A stretch of 64,000 nucleotides of DNA from Hyaloraphidium curvatum SAG 235-1. Lineage: Eukaryota > Fungi > Monoblepharomycota. The notes under the pieces were generated by a model. That model was not told the origin of the DNA, made no database searches, and was given only the letters and a program-made list of their open reading frames with translations. The DNA lies in NCBI GenBank assembly GCA_025558095.1, contig JAIVFI010000022.1, positions 124,001-188,000 on the forward strand, given 5' to 3'. The position numbers were made by a program, and so were the translations under genes. This document shows, in pieces, positions 1-10,867 of the stretch (position 1 is its first letter; the number at the start of each line of letters is the position of its first letter).

Positions 1-435
1 GGCGTCGACGCCCTGTGCCGCGGCCGCGGCGGCAACACGGTCGCCGAGCGCGTACCAGGCAGCGCCCCAGTTTCCGTAGACGGTGTCGACGGTGCCGACG
101 CTCGCGTTGGCCATCGTCAGAGACGCGTTGGTGAGCGCGGTCTGCGCCTCTGCAAAGAGCGAGCCGGGAGTCGACAGCAGGCCCTGGGCATTGTACGCCG
201 CCCACGAGTACGGCGCTGCGGGATATAACTCGGGGGGAGACGGCGGCGGCGGCGCCTGCGCGGCGGCGGCGATGATGGCGGCGAGCGGCGGGCTCGGGTT
301 CTCGTAGGCCGACAGCACGAACTCGAGGGCGCTCGTGGCAAACTGGCAGCGCTCCGCCGCGGACTGCGCGACGGTGCTCCGGGGCAGCCCCAGCACGGCG
401 AGCGCGGCGGCGAGCGCGAGGGCGCTGCGGTGCAT
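1..435 (-). CDS. Secreted protein of unknown function, 5' part only (runs off the window start)
   Basis: ATG at 435 gives MHRSALALAAALAVLGLPRSTVAQSAAERCQFATSALEFVLSAYENP..., a signal-peptide-like start. The frame stays open to position 1, so it is absent from the ORF track. Confidence 0.6.
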   Translation of the reverse strand, partial: MHRSALALAAALAVLGLPRSTVAQSAAERCQFATSALEFVLSAYENPSPPLAAIIAAAAQAPPPPSPPELYPAAPYSWAAYNAQGLLSTPGSLFAEAQTALTNASLTMANASVGTVDTVYGNWGAAWYALGDRVAAAAAAQGVDA

Positions 436-817
436 TTCGACGAGGAACCGGCGCAGGTCGGATCTCGGTGCCGAAACTCGAGGCCTTTGGGCAGCTCGGA
501 CGGCGGTGCAAGTCGCACAGCACCGCGAAAACGTCGCTGCACCCGAAGGGAAAGTCGAGGGAGGGGCTTGGGCAGATGTAAAACGCGGGCTGTGTCGCGG
601 AAAGTGCGCGGGTCCACCATCCGTCCCCCATCGGTTGGTCGACGAGGGAAGAGCTGTCAGAAGCAAAGTATTAGTGCCCCGTGATTGATTACCAGCGTTG
701 AGATCCAACTAAACATGATGGGTGAATTGGACGCTTTGGCGGACCGCGGGGCAGAGCTGCCGACATGCAACTCTTCCAAACAGTCCGCTTCCAACCGCGC
801 CTGCGACCGAACAAACA

Positions 818-2944
818 CTACTTCTCAACACCTTCCCCGTCCCGCAACGCCAGCCCCCGCATCTCCATCACCCAATCCAGCATCTTCTCTCTGTCTTCCC
901 GCGGACTGCCGTCCGCATCCCCTCCCGACGGGAGCGACCCCTCCCCGCCGCTCGTCAAGCTCCCGCTCCCCTCACCCCCATCCCCGAACGCCACCGTCCT
1001 TCCCTTCCCCTTGCTCCGTCCCCGCACCGCCAGCTCCGGCATCGCCGCCACCGGATCCTCGCCCTTCCCCTCGGCTATGCACTCGTAGCACGCCCCCGGC
1101 GACCCCAGCGAGTGGCGGCAGTGCGTCCCCGCCGCTTGCGGGAACGACAGCACCGCCGCGTCCTCAGGGTCGGCGGCACCCGCCAGCGCCCTCGCCAGGC
1201 GCATCCGCGCCTCGGCGTGGTGCGGCTTGGCCGACGCCTCCAGGACGTCCAGGCACGCCTGCACGTCCGCGAGGATCGGCCCCCGGACCTGCGCCGCGAG
1301 CGGGGCGCGCGACGAGAGCCTGCGTAGCACGAGGAGGTGCAGCCATCCGGCGTGGGTGGCGGCGCCGGCGGCCGAGACGAAGAAGGTGTGGTGGTCCGCC
1401 AGCCCGCCGTCCGAGGCGGCGACGGCGCGGAAGAGCGCGGAGATGTGGATGGCCGGGGCGCAGGCGCCGGAAAAGAAGGGGGAGGTGAGCCAGACGCGGA
1501 GGAGGCCGGCGTGGTGCTCGGGGGGGTCGACGAAGGGGTCGGGGGAGGAGAGGGCCATGGAGGCCTGCATGAAGACGGCGACGTGGCCATGCACCTGGTA
1601 GAAGGCATCTTCGGGGAGGGATGCGAGCACGCGGCGCTGCTCGTCGAGGTCGCTGGCGCGGGATGCGTGCCGGAAATCGGCGGGGAGCGAGTCCATCACG
1701 AGCTCGGCGGCGGCGGAGAGGAACCGCCGGCGCTCGATCGCCCGCAGGAGGAGCGGGCTACCGACGGGCAACCGGTGGTGGGTGCTGCGACTCCGACTGC
1801 GCGGTTTCCTCCGCGAGGTGCCGGGAGCGTGGTCGGCCGGGTCGGAAGCATCCATGCGACCCATCTCATCCTCGGCTACAAGGAGCTCCAGCAGCGACAT
1901 GCGCGCCTCGTCCCTCAGCCAGGTCTGGAGTTCGACCACGCGGTACCTGATGAGGTATGCGAGCGCGCCAAAGTAGTAGACATGGAGGTATTCGGAGTCG
2001 CCGAGGTACGTGCGCAGCATTTCGCCGACCCCGCCGCCATCCCCGTCGTCGAAGAAGCCGGGGGGTGCCACGGGGCCCAGCCATCCGAGCAACCGGGAAG
2101 CGTCGTGGGTGGGCAGCTTCTCCAGGAGCAGCAGGTCCACTGGTGCGTTTGCTTTGCGCCGCGTGGGCGGCATGAGGTCCTCGACGGCGCGGAGGACCAC
2201 CGGCATCGCCGAGCGCGGCCAGCCGGCGGCGAGGTCCATGGCCGGCGGTGCGGCGGCGTTGGACCCCGTGGCAATGACAAGGAGGTACGCCCAGTTGGCC
2301 CAGGCCATGTCGAGGTAGAAGCGCTGGATGAGTAGCTCGTCTCCGCCGGCCTCGGCGGCGGCCCGCACTTCCTGCGGGGTCGGGAGGCCCGTGGCCCGGA
2401 GCATGGCTGCGGCGTGGACCAGCATCGCCGCTGCTGCCGGAACGCGCGCCTGCTGGATCAGGAAGGTGCTGCCAATGATGATCGTGGCGGCTACGAGGTC
2501 CAGGTTCTCGGCGTCGCGGGGCTTTTCGTCCGCCGCCCAGAAGCGGGCCAGCCGGGACCGCAGGCGGGCAACGAACCGCGCCTCCTGCTCGGCCAGGGCC
2601 TCCCGCAGCGGCCGCCCGTCTGCGGTCGCCGAAATGTCGTCCGGGCCGGGGCCCTTCTCGACCATCCAGCGGATGCCCATCCACACGCACCCGACAAACA
2701 CCAGCGCCCCGCGGCCGTACACCGCAGCCCACCGCCCGTCGCTCTCGGCATCTTCGCAGCCCCCGAAAACGTCCAGCAGCGCCCGCCCGTCGAACGTCGA
2801 GCCCTTCGGGAACACGCGCGCCACATGCTCGAGCGCCGCGCGCTCCCCGGCCGGCGTCAGCAGCGGCTCGTCCGCCGCGAACGCGGACAGCGCGGGGGAC
2901 GCCGGGCCCGCCAGGGCCGCGAGGAGCGGGTCGGGCGACGCCAT
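818..2944 (-). CDS. Fungal transcription-factor middle-homology-like protein without an evident Zn2Cys6 cluster
   Basis: 708-aa ORF. Its C-terminal half (WLTSPFFSGACAPAIHISALFRAV...ADVQACLDVL) loosely parallels the Zn2Cys6 protein at 58285 (FFSSAPLAAALEGGIAAARVM...EDAGAAMAY). No CxxC-x6-C cluster is present. Confidence 0.55.
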   Translation of the reverse strand: MASPDPLLAALAGPASPALSAFAADEPLLTPAGERAALEHVARVFPKGSTFDGRALLDVFGGCEDAESDGRWAAVYGRGALVFVGCVWMGIRWMVEKGPGPDDISATADGRPLREALAEQEARFVARLRSRLARFWAADEKPRDAENLDLVAATIIIGSTFLIQQARVPAAAAMLVHAAAMLRATGLPTPQEVRAAAEAGGDELLIQRFYLDMAWANWAYLLVIATGSNAAAPPAMDLAAGWPRSAMPVVLRAVEDLMPPTRRKANAPVDLLLLEKLPTHDASRLLGWLGPVAPPGFFDDGDGGGVGEMLRTYLGDSEYLHVYYFGALAYLIRYRVVELQTWLRDEARMSLLELLVAEDEMGRMDASDPADHAPGTSRRKPRSRSRSTHHRLPVGSPLLLRAIERRRFLSAAAELVMDSLPADFRHASRASDLDEQRRVLASLPEDAFYQVHGHVAVFMQASMALSSPDPFVDPPEHHAGLLRVWLTSPFFSGACAPAIHISALFRAVAASDGGLADHHTFFVSAAGAATHAGWLHLLVLRRLSSRAPLAAQVRGPILADVQACLDVLEASAKPHHAEARMRLARALAGAADPEDAAVLSFPQAAGTHCRHSLGSPGACYECIAEGKGEDPVAAMPELAVRGRSKGKGRTVAFGDGGEGSGSLTSGGEGSLPSGGDADGSPREDREKMLDWVMEMRGLALRDGEGVEK

Positions 2945-3312
2945 GTCGGGGGGCGGAGGAGGGGCGTCCTTCGGAAGCGGAGGCGGCGTTCGCCGCCGGG
3001 CCTGGACCGGCTCCAGACCCGCTTCATCAATACCCCGATCGATCGATTCTCAGGACGTCCGGAATGTCTCCCGGCGCCGAGCATGCGCATGGGGGAGGTA
3101 ATGCGAGCGATAGTGGTCCGAGGAGACAAGCGTCAGGGAGGGAGGGAAGCACGGAGCCAAGGCCGCCAAGACACGGTGCGTTCTACCCTGCGCGGCGTTC
3201 GCGGAAGGCTGCCCGGCGATGCCGCGCTTTCCCTCTTCAGGCCGCAACGCTAAGGACCTGCCTTGCCTTTATCGGAGGTACGGATCTGTGGATCTCGGGG
3301 CAGAGCCGGCTC

Positions 3313-3365
3313 CGCCGATGCGACCGGAGCGACCATCGCCGATGCGACCGGAGCGGCCATCGCCG
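3313..3365. repeat. 24-bp tandem repeat, about 2.2 copies
   Basis: cgccgatgcgaccggagcgaccat / cgccgatgcgaccggagcggccat / cgccg. Confidence 0.8.
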
Positions 3366-3604
3366 GTCCTCGACGGTCGCACGCACCCCGCCGCCCGCCT
3401 TGGAATCCACGGCTTGCGGGACAGGCGGGCAAACTGCAGATTGCAACGGACCACTGCAAGCTTGTTCGTGTGCGGCCGCGGAGTCGCGTTGCCGTCGCGC
3501 GAGTCGCCGCCAATCCAGACCCAGTTTTCAGGCCCGACGCCAAGCCAGGCGAATTTGCGGCGCCCGCCGGGACGAAGGTCCAGGCCGCCGCCGTCCCGAT
3601 GTAG

Positions 3605-6600
3605 CTACGCCGCGGTGCCCAGTACCCGCAGCGGATCGGCACGCACAAACTTCTCGGACCACGGATCACGGAGCGATTGCGACTGCAGATTTCGCCTGAG
3701 GCTAGGCATGTCAACTTTGGGCTCGTGGAAAGCAGCGATTGATTCACGGAGAAGCTCCCTACAAAGGGCTAAACTACAACGCCGCAATGGGTTTCTGCAG
3801 CAAGAGTCGATCAGCAAAGGCCGTCTTCCTTCATCGCGTAGACCAACCTCCTTGATGAGCTCCCGGAACGCCTCCTCGTCGATGCAGAACCCCTCGTCCC
3901 CGTGCCCAAAGTCCCGCTGCTTAGAGATGTGGTTCACCGCCATGTTCATCGCCCTCGTCATGTCCCTCGGCGTCCGGATCCACCCGCTGCCCCGCACCGC
4001 GTCGAGCACCCACGAGTGGTCCCGCGCCGTGGCGCCGCAGAAGAGGTCGAAGAAGGAGCTGCGGCACGCGGGGGCGGCGTCCGCGTCCTTGCGGCCCCTT
4101 GCTTTGCGGGGGGCGGCGTTGCTGCAGGTCTGGTAGGCCTGGAAGCGGCGCCGGGCGATGAGGAGGAGGTCGGCAGGCTTGAATGAGACTGACGGAGGGA
4201 GGGTGAGCTAGCGACGGAAGCCGGCAACGAGCGAAGCCCACTTTCGACGACGGTGTACTTGTCGATCCGCGCCATCTCCTTGACCTCGTCGTTGGCGATG
4301 GAGGCGAAGCTGATGGGGAAGAACATCAGGAAGCTGGAAGGGGGTTGCCTTTTCAGTCATGTTGAAAGACGCAGCCGTGACGAGCAACCCACGAGGTCTC
4401 CCTCCCGCTCTCCTTGTCCATCGAGATCTCGAACAGCGGATGCTGCAGCACCGTCTTGACGAAGTGCGGCACGATGTTCTCGTTCTCCAACGGGTTGGAC
4501 AGCGGCGTCTCCTCGATCCCGTCCAGGAGCACAACCATGGCGCCGTAGCCCAGCTCCGCCACCAGCTTCCGGAAGGCCTTGAGCCGCGAGACGGAGGACT
4601 CCCAGCGGATGTTGCGCCGCCGGCACTCCCGCACGTAGGGTTCCAGCAGCGCCTCCCGCCCTTCGAAGGTCGGGATGACCCGCGGACGGTGGTCGTCCTG
4701 GAGGATGCCGATGTTCCCGTCCGAGCTCAGCCGGGGCGCCCTCGGCCCGGGCTCGGCCCTCGCCGCGCCGCCGGAAACGAGGTGGAACAACCAGGTCACC
4801 GCGCTCCCCACGTTGGACACCGCGCCCAGCAGCCCCCACACCCAGTCCCACCTGCTCCTCCACACCCAGAACGCCGCCCAGACGAGCCACGCGAAGGCGA
4901 GCAGGCCCCACGCCTCGGTGCCCCAGCCGAACCTCCTCCGCAGGCCGAACAGGTCCCCGAAGATGAGGTTGAACCGGTACGCCGCCAGCACGATCCCGAC
5001 AAAGGCCACCGCCGACCCCTCCGTCACCCCGCCCGCGATCCCCGTCCCGGCACCGGGCGCGCCCGATCCGAAGAACACGCGGCGGAGGAACCACCAGAAC
5101 TTCTTGTACCCCCACCAAAACTCCACGTCCCGCTCCACCATCGCCAGCATCTCCTTCAGCGCGTCCGACGAGCCCATGTAGTACGTCCCCGCGAACCTGG
5201 CCAGCTCGTACGCCGACGCCGTGCGCAGCCCCAGCGGCGGGACCAGCAGCCAGCCCCCCAGATCGATCCCCAGCGCGCGCCGCAGGAACGACGTCGAGTT
5301 GCCCCTGCGCGCGTGGCCCTGCTGCGCCAGCTGGTCCACGAGGATGGTGACCCCGCGGCCGAGGACCATGTCGACGAAGTCGCCTAGGCGGAAGTGGTTG
5401 TGGAACTGCACGTTCCAGAAGTCGTCCTCGGTGTACATCTTCTTCTGCACCCAGGTGGCCGCGTGGGCGTACAGGTTGGCCTTGAGCACGGGGAAGAAGG
5501 CGTTCAGGGACTGCTGCTCGGGGGTGATGTCGACCAGCAGCACGCCCGAGCCGGTGGCCGTGCGCGGGGGGGCGCCGGTCTCGTTGGAGGAGCGGAGGTT
5601 GTGCGTGCGCAGGATGTGCTTCTCGGCCAGGATGCGCAGGGTCGACTTGCCCGAGCCGCGCTCGCCAAAGATCAGGGCGACGTTGGGCGAGTCGGAGAGG
5701 ACGGCGTTCCATTCGGGGGGGATGTAGTAATAGTCCGACAGCGAAGCGCCCGGGGCGGCGGGGGAGGGGTCCTTGGATGCCAGGCGGGCGACCTCGCGCT
5801 CGAGGAGTTCGGCAGAGAGCTTATCGTACGGGTTGGGGCGCAGGAGGGAGTAGTGCGATTGGAAGGTCGGCGGGCCGTGCGGGGCGTCGGCGTCTCCCTC
5901 ATAGAGGGAGAAGATGAGGTAGGCGACGACGGCCAGGATCGCTACCAGGGAGGAATAGAAGAGGGTCGGGTTGCCCTCCCGGAACGAGAGAACGCGCTCC
6001 ACGATTCCGGGAGAAGACGCTTCGGTGCGTGCCTTTTCGGGGCTCACGGAGCGGGGTCCCGGGGTCACAGAGCCCGCAGGTGGGTCAACGTCTTCGGCGG
6101 GAGGCGAAACCGGCCGCGGCCGGCCTGGGCTCACGGCCCGCCGAACCGCGGTTGGAGGTGGCGGAGGCAGCGGTTCGGGGATGGCAGCCGGCTGCGGTTC
6201 TGGCGGCGGCTCCGCTGTCATCTCCGACGGGGGCAGATCCGGCAATCGGGCATCTGGCGGGGGTTGCGTGGCAGAAGCCGAAGGGGAAGCAACGTCCGGA
6301 GGCCGGCCAGCTGGCGCCGGCGGAGCCGCGCCCACCCCACTCGACAATAGTCGAGCGGACAGGGTAGCTGCCGGCAACGGATCCGGAGGGCGTTCCGCGG
6401 TTGCCGACGGCGCCGTCGCTCCCAGGTCCACCGGCTCGGGAGCCAGTCCGACGGCCACCACGGGGATCCCGTCGACCGAGTCTTCGAGACTCATGGCCCC
6501 GAGCCTTTCTGCCACGTCGCCTGCCTGCGTGCCGCCCGACCGCACGTCGTCTGCCCGCGAGTCGCCTTGCGGGACGGGCGTTGAGACGTCGGTCACGGCG

Positions 6601-6857
6601 ACGGCGCCCGCGTCCTCGGGCCGGCCGGGGGCCTCCGCGGTCGCCTCCCGCGGCTCTTCCGGCTTTGAAGCTTCTGATGTGCCAATATCCACATCCATCG
6701 GCGCCGTATCCCGCGCGTTGTCCGACCGGTCCCGACCGCCCGCCTCCCCCGCGTCGCGGACCGCCGGCACCGCGTCCGCCGGCCCGGCCGCCGCGCCGCC
6801 CGCGGTCTCATCGCGCCCGGCAACGTCCGGCACCGCGTCGCCGGGCCCGACTGACAT
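3605..6857 (-). CDS. Membrane-anchored P-loop NTPase with TM segments between Walker A and Walker B (spliced; 3' end uncertain)
   Basis: Pro-rich N-terminus, TM helix LFYSSLVAILAVVAYLIFSLY, Walker A GERGSGKS, internal hydrophobic segments, Walker B VVLLDGIEE. Two GT-AG introns near 4394-4333 and 4241-4190 join it to FLMFFPISF...ARIDKYTVVE and SFKPADLLLIARRRF...WIRTPRDM. A further GTTGGT donor near 3847 could end the protein earlier. Confidence 0.75.
3896..3986 (-). repeat. Source copy of a 91-bp exon fragment duplicated in inverted orientation at 9366-9456
   Basis: Reverse complement matches 9366-9456 with 3 mismatches. It encodes GWIRTPRDMTRAMNMAVNHISKQRDFGHGD. Confidence 0.9.
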
Positions 6858-7022
6858 GGCCGGCGAAGGCAGAGGGCCGCAAGTCTCCAGTCAAATCGAC
6901 GCGCCAGAATCCCTTGCCACCCCGCACGTTTCGCTTCGAGCTTGCGGAAACCAATCCGCGTTCAGGGCTGATTTTGGACGGCAGAGGACTCGGTCCATTT
7001 TTCCATACCTCTCTTCATTGCG

Positions 7023-8404
7023 ATGGCGCCGTTCGACGCGTCGAAGCTGCGGGCGCACTTCCCCGCGCTCACCGAAACGGCGTGGTCCGATGTCCCCCGC
7101 GAGCGCCACTCGGACCCGACCGTGCCCGTGTTCTTCGACGCGCCCGGCGGCGTGCAGGTGCCGAGCTCCGTCATCTCGGCGATCGGCAACTACCTCGTCG
7201 AGGCAAACGCAAACTACGGCGGCCACTTCACGACGAGCAAGCGCACCGTCGACGTCGTGCGCGGCGCGAGGGAGGCGCTGGCCGACTACCTCGGCGCCGA
7301 GGGCCCCGACTGCATCGTCATCGGCGCCAACATGACCACCCTCACCTTCGCCTTCTCGCGCGCCCTCGCCAAATCCATGGGCTGGGCCGCGGGCGACAAC
7401 ATCGTGCTGACCCGCATGGACCACGACGCCAACGTGTCCCCCTGGCTGCTCGTCGCCCGCGACCTGGACATGGAGGTGCGCTTCGTGGACATCCTGGTGC
7501 CCGAGTGCGTGCTGGATCTGGCCTCGCTGCCCGGGCTGCTCGACGCGCGGACCAGGCTTGTGGCGGTCACCTACGCGTCCAACGCGGTCGGCACGATCAA
7601 CCCCATCAAGGAGATCGTCGCCACCGTGCGCGCCGCCGGCGACGCCCTGGTCTACGTGGACGCGGTGCACTACGCCCCGCACGGGCTGATCGACGTGCAG
7701 GATCTCGGCACCGACTTTCTCGCCTGTTCCGTCTACAAGGTGCGGTGCGCCCCGGCGCGCTGGCCGCCCCCTTGCGCGCCGATCTCACCCCTCCCCCCTT
7801 GCAGTTCTTCGGCCCGCACCTGGGCTGCCTTTACATCCGCCCCGCCCTGCAACCCCGGATCCAACCCTACCGCGTCCGCCCCGCCCCCGCGCTGCCCCCG
7901 GGCAGTTTCGAAACCGGCACCGGCGCCTTTGAGCTCATGGCCGGCGCCGCCGCCGCGGTCGACTACGTCGCCTCGATCCCCTCGCTCCTCGGCGAGAACG
8001 TCGACGGTCTGACGAGGCGGGAAAGGATAGCGAGGGCGTGGGGGCTCGTGGTGCCGTACGAGGCGGAGCTCTCGTATTTGCTCATAAACGGGCTGCTCGC
8101 CGTACCCGGGCTCACTTTCTACGGGATCGTCGCCGGCTCCCCTTCAGGCTACGCGGGCAAGCGCACCCCCACCGTCTCCTTCACCCTCGCCTCGCACCCC
8201 GCGGACGAGGTCGCGCGGTACCTGGCGTCGCGCAATGTGTGCGCGTGGTCGGGCAACTTCTACGCGTACGAGGTGGCGGGCAAGCTGGGGGCCCAGGGGA
8301 CGGGGCTGGTCAGGCTGGGATGCGCGAGCTACACGACGAGGGAGGAGGTGGAGCACGTGGTGGCGTGCGTGGGGGAGCTGGTTGCGGGCAAAGGGGGGCG
8401 GTGA
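7023..8404 (+). CDS. Cysteine desulfurase-like protein (aminotransferase class V, VC1184-type); intron 7740-7804
   Basis: FFDAPGG, DHDANVSPW, ASNAVG, VDAVHYAPH, PLP-lysine motif SVYK|FFGPH across a GT..AG intron, FETGT, RTPTVSF. Confidence 0.9.
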
Positions 8405-8667
8405 GCGGGTGCGGAGCGAGGACGTGGGTGGGGTGTGCAGGGGCGAAGGTGGAGCGTGCGAGGCAGGGATAGAATGCGTCTGCTTCCCATCCGCCGGTTG
8501 TTTTCCCATCGTTTTCTCCCTTTCTGTGCACGCGATTGAATGATTGAATCGATTCACATGCGATCGACGCCTCGGTCGTTGCGGACGCACCTCCCGCCAC
8601 CAACCCCTGCCTCCGTGCCTCCCCGTGGTGACCCCGGCTGCCCTTTCCTCGCCCGCGTTCCGGAGGC

Positions 8668-9290
8668 ATGGCCGGAGAAGAGCGCTTCGAGCTGGCGCAG
8701 CCCCCGCTGCTCGTGGACGGCGACGTGCTCGAGCGCACGGGCTTCGCCGTCGTCCTGAAGCCGCTCCTCGACGCGTCCGGCACGGCGCAGCGCGTCATCA
8801 TCGTCGGCGTGGAATGGCACGAGAGCGGCTGGGACCTCTCCACCCCGGAGGGCCGCGCCGAGGCGTGCGTGGGATGTTCGACGCCAACCACGGCCGCGCG
8901 GTGGAGGTCCTGAAGGGCGCCGGGATGGACGCGTGCGCGGTCTGCGGGGAGGCCAGGTCCGAGTTCACGCTGCAGACCGTGTCGGATTGGGGCGAGCTCA
9001 GCCTGGTGGGGAAGGGCGACGGGGTGCCGCAGCAGTCGCTGCGGGGCTCGCACGTGGGCGTCGTCCCCACCTGCACGAGGGCCGGCTGCGTGCGGACGGG
9101 GAACAAACTTGCGATGCCGGAGACGTTCGTGGAGGGCATGTCGGAGCGCCTTTTTGTCTGTTCGGGTTGCGAACGCACCTCGGCGCGGAGGGAGGACTTT
9201 AAGCGGTGCTCGAAATGCGGGCCAGACTTCTACTGCAGCAAGGAGTGCCAGAGAAACCACTGGCCGAAGCACAAGCTGCTGTGCACATGA
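8668..9290 (+). pseudogene. MYND-type zinc finger protein with an apparent 1-bp frameshift at about 8871-8873
   Basis: The N-terminal frame MAGEERFEL...RAEACV continues into GMFDANH...CSGC...CSKC...YCSKECQRNHWPKHKLLC only if ggg were gggg. No intron fits. Confidence 0.65.
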
Positions 9291-9365
9291 ACGCCGATGA
9301 CCTGGGGAACAAGTGGGGAGATCCAGGCCTGCCAACTCGCGCCCGCCCCGCCCAGCGCAACGGCC

Positions 9366-9456
9366 CGGGTGGATCCGGACGCCGAGGGACATGACGAGGG
9401 CGATGAACCTGGTGGTGAACCACATCTCCAAGCAGCGGGACTTTGGGCACGGGGAC
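9366..9456 (+). repeat. Isolated inverted copy of a P-loop NTPase exon fragment
   Basis: 91 bp with 3 mismatches to the reverse complement of 3896-3986; flanks are unrelated. Confidence 0.9.
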
Positions 9457-9520
9457 CACCGCAGAAACCAAAGGCGGCGCTGCAGCCCTGCCATGCGATG
9501 TATGTGCCAACGGCACGCGG

Positions 9521-10249
9521 TCACAAGTTACCACGAGTCGCGCTTCCATCCGACATGCCCCTTCCACCGACCGGCTTCCCCTTCTTCGGCTGCACCATCG
9601 TCGCTGGCACGCCAACCCAGGTGCTTCCGGGCACCTTGATGTCCCCCGTCACCGCCGCGTTCATCCCCACCGTCACCCAGTCGGCGATCCTGGCGCCGTT
9701 CCGGACGGTCGCGCCCGTGGCGACCACGGACCCCCGTCCGAGCCTGACGGAGCCTGCGAGGCCGCCGGCGCCGTTGAGCTGCGAGTAGGGCTCCATCACG
9801 CAGTCGTGGTCGCAGCCTGCCAGCGTGTTGACCATGCAGAAGCTGCCGACCTTGGCGTGCGGGCCGACCACCGAATAGGCCGAGAGGAAGATGCCCTCGC
9901 CCAGCTCTGCAGACTGGGAAATCGAGGCCGTGCGGTGGACGGCGTTGGGGAATGCGAGCGGCACGCCGAGGGGGCTTGCCAGGCCGCGCAGCTCATCGAC
10001 GAGCGCCGCGCGCACGGCCGGGTCGCCGTTGCAGACAAAGACGTCGGCGCCGTCGTGCTTCGCGAGGAAGGCCGCGGCGTCGCGCGGGGTGCGCAGGTGC
10101 GCCAAGTGGGCCACGCCGCGGTGGACGGCGCCCTCGTCGTCCCAGACCGCCGCCCGCTCGGCGGAAACCGCCTCGGCGTAGTTGCCGCCGACGACGTCCC
10201 AGATGACGCCCGCCTGCGCGCCCCCGCAGCGGAGTAGAACGGCGCGCAT
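9521..10249 (-). CDS. NeuD/PglD/VioB-family sugar O/N-acyltransferase (left-handed beta-helix)
   Basis: VCNGDPAVR, FPNAVHRTASIS, hexapeptide repeats, His motif GCDHDC, VGMNAAVTGDI, WVGVPA; intronless. Confidence 0.85.
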   Translation of the reverse strand: MRAVLLRCGGAQAGVIWDVVGGNYAEAVSAERAAVWDDEGAVHRGVAHLAHLRTPRDAAAFLAKHDGADVFVCNGDPAVRAALVDELRGLASPLGVPLAFPNAVHRTASISQSAELGEGIFLSAYSVVGPHAKVGSFCMVNTLAGCDHDCVMEPYSQLNGAGGLAGSVRLGRGSVVATGATVRNGARIADWVTVGMNAAVTGDIKVPGSTWVGVPATMVQPKKGKPVGGRGMSDGSATRGNL

Positions 10250-10867
10250 ATTCGGGGGACGTGGAAGCGGGACGTCCTCGCGGAGCGCCGTGCTTGACGT
10301 GCTTGGCGCAAGGAAAAGATGTGGGCCGCGGGTGGCAAAGGCGAGGTGGGGACCGAGCCCTGCACCGCGCCGCAGACGCGGTCCCCCACAAGCGATCCGA
10401 GCATCGCGGCGAAGCATCGGCTTACACCTCCGCGTCCCCAAAGATCGGGACGGTCCCGCACGATGCCATTGTCCCTTCAGCTGTTGGGCCGCAGCTGCGG
10501 TTTCACACACTCCGTTTCCGAGGCTATCTGAACCTTCCCTTTGAAGAGCAAATACCCTGTGCGATAGGTTTCCACGGTGCTTCCTCCGCAATCCGATGCA
10601 AGAGAATCGCTCGATTCGTGGAATTCGATATCCCGGCAGGCGCTGTCCCTGGAATCCTCGTGAGTCTCGTGCCGTCGTTCATCCTTGCCCGAACACACTC
10701 GGCTTCCAATACGGATCGATGAGCTCTCGAATACTTCTAGCTGATTGATGTCGAGCCCGACGTGGAAGTCAGAGAAGGAGGAAGATCCACGTCGGGCTAG
10801 CTGGCTTCGTGAGTCGCGACCCCACGCCTGAACTTGCGCGCACCAACAACCGCCGACTCCCGGACCC

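Noticed and set aside
3313-3365. 24-bp tandem duplication as a functional element
   Set aside because: Only about two copies, consistent with simple slippage, with no supporting context.
7023-8404. Selenocysteine lyase or selenoprotein system (some early-diverging fungi use Sec)
   Set aside because: The protein is of the VC1184 type with no evident catalytic Cys loop. I found no gene in the window requiring an in-frame TGA and no convincing SECIS by eye.
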